Of a stretch of 32,000 nucleotides of DNA, positions 23,551-31,058 are shown one piece after another. Made by a program: the position numbers and the translations under genes. Below the pieces are notes generated by a model. It was given only the letters and a program-made list of their open reading frames with translations, was not told where the DNA came from and ran no database searches. The DNA is from Candidatus Omnitrophota bacterium. GTDB taxonomy: Bacteria; Omnitrophota; Gorgyraeia; 2-01-FULL-45-10. Location: NCBI GenBank assembly GCA_023818895.1, contig JAMWCX010000001.1:269789-301788 (forward strand). Reading direction: 5' to 3'. Each line of letters begins with the position of its first letter. Within the stretch, counting starts at the first letter, position 1.

Positions 23551-24942
23551 CTAGGAATCGACGTAATTGCTGTTATACCAGTAGCCACTCTTGCCATTAC
23601 TTAGTATATTCCCCTTCTCATATGCCAGTAAGAAGGCGCTTACAATCACCGGGTCGAACTGAGAACCAGAGCACCGCTTCAGCTCCTGCAAGGCCTCTTC
23701 GGCGGCCCTGCCCTTCCTGTAGGCCCTATTTGTAGTCATAGCGTCAAACGCGTCCGCAACAGCGATTATTCGCGCGATCAAAGGTATTCCGTTCCCTTTC
23801 AGCCCATCTGGATAACCCGAGCCGTCGTAACATTCCTGATGATGGCGCACTTCGCGGGCAACATCGCTAAGCTCCTTGATAGGGTTTAGTATGGTAGCGC
23901 CGATAATTGAATGCTTCTTGATCTCCTCGTATTCTTCAGGTGTAAGACGGGATTGCTTGTTGAGGATATGATCAGGTATACCGATCTTTCCTATATCGTG
24001 AAGCAGGGCCGCTATCTGCAAAGTCTCTCTGAAGTTCTTGTAATTCGCTATTTCCGGCAGCCCATCAAGCTCCTTGGCTATAGCAAGGCAATAGTTAGTC
24101 ACCCGCTCTGTATGTCCGTGCGTATACGGATCTCGCGCGTCTATGGCGGCGGCAAGGGCTATCGAAGTATGGATAAATATCCTGTGCTCCCTCAGATAAA
24201 GGCCCTTGATCTCCTCCACCTTCTGGTGCAGATTATCTATGAGCTGGGCGTTCGCGATGGCCATGGCGGCATCATTTGCCAGAGTAACGAAGAAACCCAT
24301 TTCTTCTCGCGTGAAAGGATCTCCGGATATCTTCTCTCCCAGCACAAGTATTCCCAGAAGATCTTTCTTAAAGTAGCATGGAACGCACAAAGAGGCTTTT
24401 ATGAGGTCCATCTGCCTTTTTAAAAGCAAAAGCTTATCATAAAGATCGGGCTGTTTTTCAAGTATATCCCTGTTCCTCAAAGCGTTAATGAGATCCTCAT
24501 ATCTAAGGATGCCTGTTTCGGATATAAGATAGCTTTGTTTTTCGCAGAATACGCTTATGAGGGGGTTGTCGATAGGAAGCCTGATAAAGCCCACTGGTAT
24601 CTTAAGGCCTTCGGCGCCTTTTGAATCTATAAGTATATAGGATTTTTTTTCTTCCTTGTAGAGAAGAACCGCTGTATGGGTAACCTTCAGTTGCTCATCT
24701 ATCGTCTTCACTATCATCTTGATAAGGTGTTCGGGTTTCTTGAACCTTATCATGGTCCTGGAAGCATTCTCCAAGAAGATCTGATAGTCGGCCTTAGGAA
24801 CGCTTGGCTCTATAAAAACAGAGCTGTTCAAGCCGCCATTACCGTTCGCGAGGGACTGAATGCTGTTGTCATGAGCAGCCAATTTTTCCACGAACCAGTC
24901 GTGAAGCTTTTCCCAACTGGGCGCTTTTTTGTTTGGTGTCAT
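23551..24942 (-). CDS. GAF-domain HD-GYP protein (probable c-di-GMP phosphodiesterase), no receiver domain
   Basis: 463 aa. The central region is GAF-like. The C-terminal region carries HDIGKIGIP...H...HHQECYDGSGYPDGLKG (HD and GYP signatures). ATGA overlap with the upstream receiver gene. Confidence 0.9.
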   Translation of the reverse strand: MTPNKKAPSWEKLHDWFVEKLAAHDNSIQSLANGNGGLNSSVFIEPSVPKADYQIFLENASRTMIRFKKPEHLIKMIVKTIDEQLKVTHTAVLLYKEEKKSYILIDSKGAEGLKIPVGFIRLPIDNPLISVFCEKQSYLISETGILRYEDLINALRNRDILEKQPDLYDKLLLLKRQMDLIKASLCVPCYFKKDLLGILVLGEKISGDPFTREEMGFFVTLANDAAMAIANAQLIDNLHQKVEEIKGLYLREHRIFIHTSIALAAAIDARDPYTHGHTERVTNYCLAIAKELDGLPEIANYKNFRETLQIAALLHDIGKIGIPDHILNKQSRLTPEEYEEIKKHSIIGATILNPIKELSDVAREVRHHQECYDGSGYPDGLKGNGIPLIARIIAVADAFDAMTTNRAYRKGRAAEEALQELKRCSGSQFDPVIVSAFLLAYEKGNILSNGKSGYWYNSNYVDS

Positions 24943-25325
24943 AAATGCGCTCGCATATTTCGCTCAACAGTGCACTCGAGGTGATCGAGCATGAGCGGTT
25001 TAGTTATATAATCGCAGGCTCCCAGCCTTACGGCCTCATCCATCTTGTCCTGGTCATCAAGGGCGGTTACCATGATAACTTTCTGACCCCTGTTTACCTC
25101 TTTAATGTGTTTTAAAGCCGCTATGCCATCCATACCCCGCAGCTTTATATCCAGCAATATAAGATGGGGCCTTTCGCGCTTTACTAAATCAATAGCCTCT
25201 TCGCCGGTGAGGGCGGTCAGGACCTTATAACCTCTCTCCTGAAAAAAATTTTTCACAAAATCGCAGATATCGCTCTCATCGTCTACTACTAGCATCTTGT
25301 ATGCTTCTTTGTCTCCTGCTATCAT
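24939..25325 (-). CDS. single-domain CheY-like response regulator
   Basis: 128 aa. MLVVDDESD...LILLDIKLRGMDG...VIMVTA...DYITKP. ATGA overlaps at both ends. Confidence 0.9.
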   Translation of the reverse strand: MIAGDKEAYKMLVVDDESDICDFVKNFFQERGYKVLTALTGEEAIDLVKRERPHLILLDIKLRGMDGIAALKHIKEVNRGQKVIMVTALDDQDKMDEAVRLGACDYITKPLMLDHLECTVERNMRAHL

Positions 25326-25693
25326 CTTTTCGACGCCTCATTGATAGTTTCTTCCAAAACCTTTAGGGAAGCTATGGGTTTATCAAAATACGCATAGGCT
25401 CCCATCTGTAAAAGACGCGCACGCGTCTTGCCTCCGTCATCATAGGCAGTCACGAATATCACCTTCGGTGAAGGCTGCATCGATTTTAAAAGCTTAAGCA
25501 CTTCATCACCGTCGATGCCTGGCATCTTGAGATCCATAAGCACAACATCGGGTTTTTTCTCTTTTATGGTCTCGATCCCCTTCGCGCCGCGTATCGCAAC
25601 GCTGATATCATATCCACGTGGTAAAAAATAATTCTGCAACATGTCAATAAACTCGGCTTCATCATCTATGGCCACTATAACCGGTTTTGTCAT
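25322..25693 (-). CDS. single-domain CheY-like response regulator
   Basis: 123 aa. VIVAIDDEAE...VVLMDLKMPGIDG...VIFVTAY...AYFDKP. It starts 3 nt after the kinase stop. Confidence 0.9.
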   Translation of the reverse strand: MTKPVIVAIDDEAEFIDMLQNYFLPRGYDISVAIRGAKGIETIKEKKPDVVLMDLKMPGIDGDEVLKLLKSMQPSPKVIFVTAYDDGGKTRARLLQMGAYAYFDKPIASLKVLEETINEASKR

Positions 25694-25696
25694 ATA

Positions 25697-27850
25697 TCAT
25701 ACTTTCGCCGGCTGTTTATCAGGCATCGGCATAGCGGGAAACTCAAGCGTAAAAGTGGTCCCCACGCCGACTTTCGTATTCTTCAGGAATATCCTGCCGC
25801 CGTTTTTCTCAACTACCTGTCGAACTATGAAAAGCCCGAGTCCAGTCCCTTTACCGGGCTCCTTTGTGGTAAAAAACGGGTTGAAAAGCTCTTTGATCTT
25901 GTCCTCCGCAATACCGGAACCGCTATCCTGGATATCTATGACAACCTTCGCGTCTTCACGTTTAGCGCTTATCGTTATACTGCCCTTTTCGCCTATCGCC
26001 TGCCCGGCGTTCCTTATAAGATTGAAAAGAACTTCCTGAAATTGCTTCCTGTCGACAAATATTTTAGGAAGCCCATCTTCTATCTTCTTGTCAAATTCTA
26101 TCTTTTCAAGCCTAAGCTCGTAGCCGACCAGGCCGAATACCTCATCAATCTCCTTGCCAATATCAACTATTTCCGCTTCGCCCTTTGCTGGTTTCGCGAA
26201 GCCGGAAAGTTTTTTCGTTATGGCAGTGGCTCTATCGGTCTCCTTTATGACTTTGCCCATTATCTCTTCGGCTTTTTTCAAAAGTTCCTCAGGGCTCTTG
26301 TTTTTATATAATCCATCTTTCATATTAAGAAGGAAGGCCTCGCATTGCCCCCTCGCAATACCGAGAGGATTACATATCTCATGATTTATGCCAGCAGAAA
26401 GAGTGCCTATAACCGCCATCTTCTCTTTTTGGGCTGCCTCAGCTTGCGTTTTGCCCAGTTCCTCAAAGAGCTCGGCATTAGACACTGCTATGGCAAGGGT
26501 TCTTGCAAGCGGCAAAAGTATATCAAGATCATCCTGGGTGTAGTCTTCATCGGATTTCTTTTTCCCTAAAGACAATATTCCTATCACTTTATCGTGCAAG
26601 ACCATTGGAATAATTAATTCTGCGCTCAATCTATCCATAACAGATAAAATAGAGGCAGGAACGGTAACATTTTTTTCATAAAATTCGGTACGCAAAAGAT
26701 AGCGATGCGTTTGTTCAAAGTATTTAACAGCGACATTTATTCTATCTAAAGTTATTAGCGGATCCTTAAGATTTTTCGAGGCCTTAACTATATAAAGACA
26801 CTTTTCATTATCAAAAAGTAATATCGAGCAGGATGCCAACTTTATTATGTCATCGAGCTTATTTATCGTAAGATTTACAAGCCTATCCAGGTCTAGAACG
26901 GTTAGCACTTCAGAGGTGAATGTCTTTAGTAGGTCCTTATAGTCATATTTTTTTTGAAAAAGATATTTATTGGTAATGTTTATTAAGAAGCTTTCCAAAG
27001 GACGGAACATAAATGTTACTATTACTATGCTTGGAATTATTGAAAGCCAACGATTTGAGAATACGTATTTTTCGAAAAATACTTGTCCTAAAAAGGCAAA
27101 GATAGCAAAAACAGCATATACGCTTCCAAAAAGACCCGCAAAGACAAGAGTCTTTTTGACTAATATCTCAATATCGAGAAACTTATGTTTAACTATAGCA
27201 TAGGCTGTCATGATGACATAAACCGCTACCAAGCAATTCAGAAAAGGCGGCACTGGCACTCCGAACCATGGTAGATAATTAGTAGATCCGCCGACAAAGC
27301 CAATAAGCGTTCCTATGCCGACAAGAAAAATCTGCGCTTTTTTTTGGTGGTCTGCGCTGCCGTAGCTGGAAAATAGCAAATATATAGATTTACCAGTGTA
27401 CCAAAAAAATGTTAAAAGAAACGGCACATATAACACCCCAGGCACACCATAATATGGCATACCGCCTATCGGCTTCATGTCAGGGATATAGTATCTACTA
27501 AATGAAAATGCCAAAAAGAAAAGTGCTAACAAATATCCGGCGAGCAGCTCTCTCCGGTTCCTTCTATTGATGAATGCTGTAACAAAATGATAAAAGCCTA
27601 TAGGTATTAATATTGCTCCGATGTGAAGGATCCTAAACCAAAAAAGACATGCCTCCTTGCTATCAGCCAAGGGCCAGAAGATGTATGGATAACTCCAGGC
27701 CGCCACATAAAGAGCAAATAACGCAAAGGTTTTATTAACTATACTACGCCTGTTATTAAAGTAAACAAATATGGTTAAAAGGCTTGAGGTTATGGCATTT
27801 ATGAAGCCGGAAATAGATATAAATATCAGAAACGGATCCATCTTGCTCAT
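25697..27850 (-). CDS. sensor histidine kinase: multi-pass membrane N-terminal domain, GAF, HisKA, HATPase_c
   Basis: 717 aa. The first ~290 aa hold about 8-9 hydrophobic segments with short loops (my reading by eye), resembling 7TM-type kinase N-terminal sensor domains. A GAF-like region follows. H-box GINHEICNPLG. N/G1/G2 boxes LFNLIRNAGQA, QDSGSGI and GTGLGL. ATGA overlap with the ketosynthase stop. Confidence 0.9.
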   Translation of the reverse strand: MSKMDPFLIFISISGFINAITSSLLTIFVYFNNRRSIVNKTFALFALYVAAWSYPYIFWPLADSKEACLFWFRILHIGAILIPIGFYHFVTAFINRRNRRELLAGYLLALFFLAFSFSRYYIPDMKPIGGMPYYGVPGVLYVPFLLTFFWYTGKSIYLLFSSYGSADHQKKAQIFLVGIGTLIGFVGGSTNYLPWFGVPVPPFLNCLVAVYVIMTAYAIVKHKFLDIEILVKKTLVFAGLFGSVYAVFAIFAFLGQVFFEKYVFSNRWLSIIPSIVIVTFMFRPLESFLINITNKYLFQKKYDYKDLLKTFTSEVLTVLDLDRLVNLTINKLDDIIKLASCSILLFDNEKCLYIVKASKNLKDPLITLDRINVAVKYFEQTHRYLLRTEFYEKNVTVPASILSVMDRLSAELIIPMVLHDKVIGILSLGKKKSDEDYTQDDLDILLPLARTLAIAVSNAELFEELGKTQAEAAQKEKMAVIGTLSAGINHEICNPLGIARGQCEAFLLNMKDGLYKNKSPEELLKKAEEIMGKVIKETDRATAITKKLSGFAKPAKGEAEIVDIGKEIDEVFGLVGYELRLEKIEFDKKIEDGLPKIFVDRKQFQEVLFNLIRNAGQAIGEKGSITISAKREDAKVVIDIQDSGSGIAEDKIKELFNPFFTTKEPGKGTGLGLFIVRQVVEKNGGRIFLKNTKVGVGTTFTLEFPAMPMPDKQPAKV

Positions 27851-29070
27851 TCTTCGTATTTTTTAAGAACACAGGCGGCGCACTTTCCGCCAAACGCATA
27901 GCTGTTAATCAATGCGGCTTTTATATTTTTTCTTAGCGGTTTTTCAACTATCAGATTTAAGTTTGAATTCTTAAACAAATTTTTTGTATTTAGTGTATGG
28001 GGCGCGATCCCCTCTTTTATGGCCAATGCGGTTGTGGCAATTTGTAATGCGCTTGCGGCGGCAAGAGGGTGCCCTATGAGAGGCTTAATTGATGTTACGG
28101 GAATTTCCGCCAACGATTTCCCAAAACAAGCCTTAAGCACAACCGATTCAAATAGGTCAAAATGACCAACCCCCATGCCATGCGCATTTATAAAGTCTAC
28201 TTGTTCTTTTTTTATACCAGCATACTGAATAGCACCGTCTATGGTTTTAACGGCTACTTCGCCATGATGCTCGCGCTTAAAATGATTAAAACCTTCACAT
28301 AAGACGTTTACACCCCCTATCTCACAATAAATATTGGCGTTTCTCTTAATTGCATGGCCGAGGTCTTCGATGATAAACATAGCGGCTCCCTCTCCAAGAA
28401 CAGTGCCATCAGCATTTTCGTCGAACGGCCGTATCCTATCGTTTGTAAGCGCCTTAATGATATTTAGCCCCGCGTATGGCAACGGTGCAAAAGCCGATTC
28501 CGAACCACCCACAACCATAGCGTCGTAATTTTCATATTTGATCTTCTTCACAGCTATATCCAAGGCAGAAACCGATGAAATACACGCGGACGAAACAGCT
28601 TCCGAGCAACCTCTTATCCCAAGCTCAACCGATATATCAGATGGAATGCAATTATGTAGCGCCATATGGCCCAAACACTTATGGACATGTTCATAGGTAC
28701 TATTCTCTAGGACTCTCTGTTGGTGAAGAATAAAAGATATTGTGCCAAGAGTTGTCCCAACTATGACGCCAATACGATCCCTGTTTATTTCACTAATATT
28801 AAGACCCGCATCCTTAACAGCCATAACCGAAGAAGCCACGCCGAGTTTGGATGTTATATCCATAGCAGTTGCGTCATTCTTTCTTATGTATTCCAAAGGA
28901 TCGAAATCAACAACCTCTGCCCCAAGAGATGTTGGGAATTTGCTGGTATCAAATCTGCTCAATTTTCTTATTCCGGAAATTCCATTAAGAGCATTATTCC
29001 AGAAAATATTTTTACCGGAACCTATGGGCGTAATAACCCCGATGCCAGTAATTACCACTCTCTTGGGCAT
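27847..29070 (-). CDS. beta-ketoacyl synthase of the KAS I/II (FabB/FabF) type, divergent
   Basis: MPKRVVITGIGVITPIGSG N-terminus. The catalytic Cys sits in VSSACISSVSALD, with His in FINAHGMG, Lys and His in SIKPLIGHPLAAAS, and a C-terminal NSYAFGGK. I prefer ATG 29070, which gives TAGtATG with the upstream stop. The ORF-track start at 29100 adds 10 residues and a 29-nt overlap. Confidence 0.85.
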   Translation of the reverse strand: MPKRVVITGIGVITPIGSGKNIFWNNALNGISGIRKLSRFDTSKFPTSLGAEVVDFDPLEYIRKNDATAMDITSKLGVASSVMAVKDAGLNISEINRDRIGVIVGTTLGTISFILHQQRVLENSTYEHVHKCLGHMALHNCIPSDISVELGIRGCSEAVSSACISSVSALDIAVKKIKYENYDAMVVGGSESAFAPLPYAGLNIIKALTNDRIRPFDENADGTVLGEGAAMFIIEDLGHAIKRNANIYCEIGGVNVLCEGFNHFKREHHGEVAVKTIDGAIQYAGIKKEQVDFINAHGMGVGHFDLFESVVLKACFGKSLAEIPVTSIKPLIGHPLAAASALQIATTALAIKEGIAPHTLNTKNLFKNSNLNLIVEKPLRKNIKAALINSYAFGGKCAACVLKKYEE

Positions 29071-29071
29071 A

Positions 29072-29884
29072 CTAGATTTTTCTACCCGTGCAGTATTCAT
29101 ACATACCCATATTATCGAGGCTTATTATGACGTCTCTAAAACCGGCTTCAAGAAGCCACTGTCTATATTGCCTGGGCGACCTCAAGAACATAGTCCATTT
29201 TTTCCCATTCATTGTTAACCCTATATCTTTCATCAAATCTGCGTTTGAATTGCTCGCCTGAGCTGTAAATAGTACAAGACCGCCGCAGGAAAGGTGCTTA
29301 TATATTTCAGCAAGAAAACTTTTAACTACTTCATCGCTTTGCATTTCAAAAAAGCCCGTTGTCATTATAATGTCCGGTATCCAGTTCACTTTTTTTGAAA
29401 AATTTTTCAAATGGCCGAGCGAAAAAAGATTGGCCCTTGCATATCGAATCGGTTTATTCCCAGCCAGGATCTTGCCGAAATTAACAGATCTTTTATCAAT
29501 ATCAAGACATAAGGCTTCGACATGGTTTTTGCTATGCTCATCCACTAAGTCAACCAAGTACCGTGCCGGGCCAGATGCAAGATCGAGTATCCGCGTCTTT
29601 TTTCCAAAAAAAATATTATTTTCGATTTCATTCAAAATTATCTTTATTATAATATCCTTTTTACGCCTGGTTGCCTTGACGGTTGGCAGGTTTAAAAGAA
29701 CGGAATCGACAAACTTTCCAACAGGCGTTATACCTTTCGGGTGTTTTCTATATATATGGTCAATATTAAGCCCGGAATCAGCCGATCCGCCTATGATATT
29801 CCGACCTAGTTTGCTAATTGAAAATATCGGTCTAAGTATCCTTTTATTAAAGAGTTGCTGTATTGTTTTTATAAACCCATCCAT
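29072..29884 (-). CDS. class I SAM-dependent methyltransferase with ~95-aa N-terminal extension
   Basis: 270 aa. Motif I RILDLASGPARYL, an acidic post-I residue in ALCLDID, and later GGLVLFT. The subfamily and substrate cannot be recognised by eye. Confidence 0.78.
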   Translation of the reverse strand: MDGFIKTIQQLFNKRILRPIFSISKLGRNIIGGSADSGLNIDHIYRKHPKGITPVGKFVDSVLLNLPTVKATRRKKDIIIKIILNEIENNIFFGKKTRILDLASGPARYLVDLVDEHSKNHVEALCLDIDKRSVNFGKILAGNKPIRYARANLFSLGHLKNFSKKVNWIPDIIMTTGFFEMQSDEVVKSFLAEIYKHLSCGGLVLFTAQASNSNADLMKDIGLTMNGKKWTMFLRSPRQYRQWLLEAGFRDVIISLDNMGMYEYCTGRKI

Positions 29885-29886
29885 TG

Positions 29887-29903
29887 AATAAAGGTACTTT
29901 ATT
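29887..29903. promoter_or_regulatory. 7-3-7 palindrome AATAAAG-gta-CTTTATT abutting the methyltransferase start codon
   Basis: Read from the sequence. It lies 2 nt upstream of the ATG (29884..29882) on the transcribed strand, where an RBS would be expected. No SD-like motif is visible there. Confidence 0.45.
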
Positions 29904-29954
29904 ATTAGCTTTGGTTTTTATTAATAAACCTGCCGTTATAGTCTATATTACCCA

Positions 29955-30137
29955 CTACTTCTCGTGCTCTTCCTGCTCGGCAATCCAGCGGTCGATGGTT
30001 GATTTCTTGAAGCGCCAATTTGCGCCCACCTTAAAACACGGAAGTTTGCCTGCTTTGGCATGTTTGTATATAGTAACAGGCTTCATCCGGAGATAAGCGG
30101 CAAGCTCCTGAACAGTAAATACTATGTCTTCTGCCAT
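29955..30137 (-). CDS. small excisionase/MerR-type (HTH_17-like) DNA-binding protein
   Basis: The 60-aa version is MAEDIVFTVQELAAYLRMKPVTIYKHAKAGKLPCFKVGANWRFKKSTIDRWI.... The ATG at 30137 is preceded by AAGAGGGGGAGGT. The 76-aa ORF-track version adds 16 residues (MLLMTSRSESLGRGGG) with no resemblance to this family. Confidence 0.8.
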   Translation of the reverse strand: MAEDIVFTVQELAAYLRMKPVTIYKHAKAGKLPCFKVGANWRFKKSTIDRWIAEQEEHEK

Positions 30138-30167
30138 ACCTCCCCCTCTTCCTAATGATTCGGATCT

Positions 30168-30187
30168 GCTTGTCATAAGTAACAAGC
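30168..30187. promoter_or_regulatory. inverted repeat GCTTGT-n8-ACAAGC upstream of the HTH gene
   Basis: 6-bp arms (30168-30173 and 30182-30187) with an 8-nt spacer, 31-50 nt upstream of the preferred ATG. Confidence 0.4.
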
Positions 30188-30262
30188 TATATTTTGTTTA
30201 AAAAACAGTCATCTCTAATTAATGGCTTGTATTGTTTTATACGCTTTAGCATAGACTAATAC

Positions 30263-30317
30263 GCCCTTACACAACTTTGTATAAGGGCACATAGGTTAGC
30301 TTAGGGTGCTACAAAGT
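30263..30317. other. nested inverted repeats in the 270-bp spacer (hairpin GCCCTTA-n12-TAAGGGC whose loop pairs with a downstream 8-mer)
   Basis: GCCCTTA (30263-30269) and TAAGGGC (30282-30288) are complementary. The loop 8-mer ACTTTGTA (30274-30281) is exactly complementary to TACAAAGT (30310-30317). Confidence 0.6.
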
Positions 30318-30455
30318 ATACACCATAATCTTTAAATGTCAAGCGTTAGGAACTGATTATTTTAAAATAAATTTAATAAGATACTGATAATAAAGAGGTT
30401 AGAAAAAATAATTTTTTGTATTTTGATTTGAAAATCGGTGGGTTTTTATAAAATA

Positions 30456-31058
30456 CTATACTTTATACCAATCCAGTTCGTGCGCTAGGTCCTTAATCTC
30501 TTTTTGCAAACGGTCAATATTGTTATCGAACTGACTGATATCTGCGGGCTTCGAATCAGCAAGTTTTTTTAGGTTTTCCAGCTCAATAAGGACTTTGGTA
30601 AGGCTTGCCTTTTGGCGTCCTATCGTTTGCTTCATACTATCAGACAAAAGATTAATTTTATCAGCGATTGAACCTAATTCATCGCCTTTTCTAAGGCTAA
30701 GGCGCGAGGTAAGGTTGCCGCCTGCCATATCCTCCAAAAATCTCTCCATCCTATATATAGGACCAGCTATCTTATGTGATAGGTATATACCTATATACGC
30801 GACAAAAGGCATAAGGAGTACAATGCTCAACAAAACCCTGAAATTAACCGTTTTTATTATTGCTATCAGCCTACCTTGTGGATAAACATTCGCGAGCTTT
30901 TCTGCAAGAAGTATCATGCTTGAATAATATACAACATACGAGCACACAATAGCGGTTATAAACATCAAAAGCAAGATTAACCCTACATATTTGAGTTGAA
31001 ATTTCGCCGAGACAAATAGTTGCTTTCTTTTGAATCTGGTCTTGTTATTAGCTATCAT
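30456..31058 (-). CDS. two-TM HAMP-domain protein with C-terminal coiled coil and no recognisable output domain
   Basis: 200 aa. The N-terminal motif RKQLFVSAKFQLKY is followed by two hydrophobic helices, a HAMP domain (IAGPIYRMERFLEDMAGGNLTSRLSLRKGDELGSIADKINLLSDSM) and heptad-like sequence. ATGA overlap with the upstream gene. Confidence 0.8.
   Translation of the reverse strand: MIANNKTRFKRKQLFVSAKFQLKYVGLILLLMFITAIVCSYVVYYSSMILLAEKLANVYPQGRLIAIIKTVNFRVLLSIVLLMPFVAYIGIYLSHKIAGPIYRMERFLEDMAGGNLTSRLSLRKGDELGSIADKINLLSDSMKQTIGRQKASLTKVLIELENLKKLADSKPADISQFDNNIDRLQKEIKDLAHELDWYKV

Noticed and set aside
29955-30185. Excisionase-family HTH gene taken as a marker of a prophage or integrative element.
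   Set aside because: The window has no integrase, recombinase or phage genes, and I could find no flanking direct repeats. Stand-alone HTH_17-type regulators are common outside mobile elements.
30222-30254. 10-codon plus-strand mini-ORF MACIVLYALA in the 270-bp spacer.
   Set aside because: There is no RBS, it is very short, and it lies on the strand opposite to all local transcription. It cannot be distinguished from chance in AT-rich DNA.
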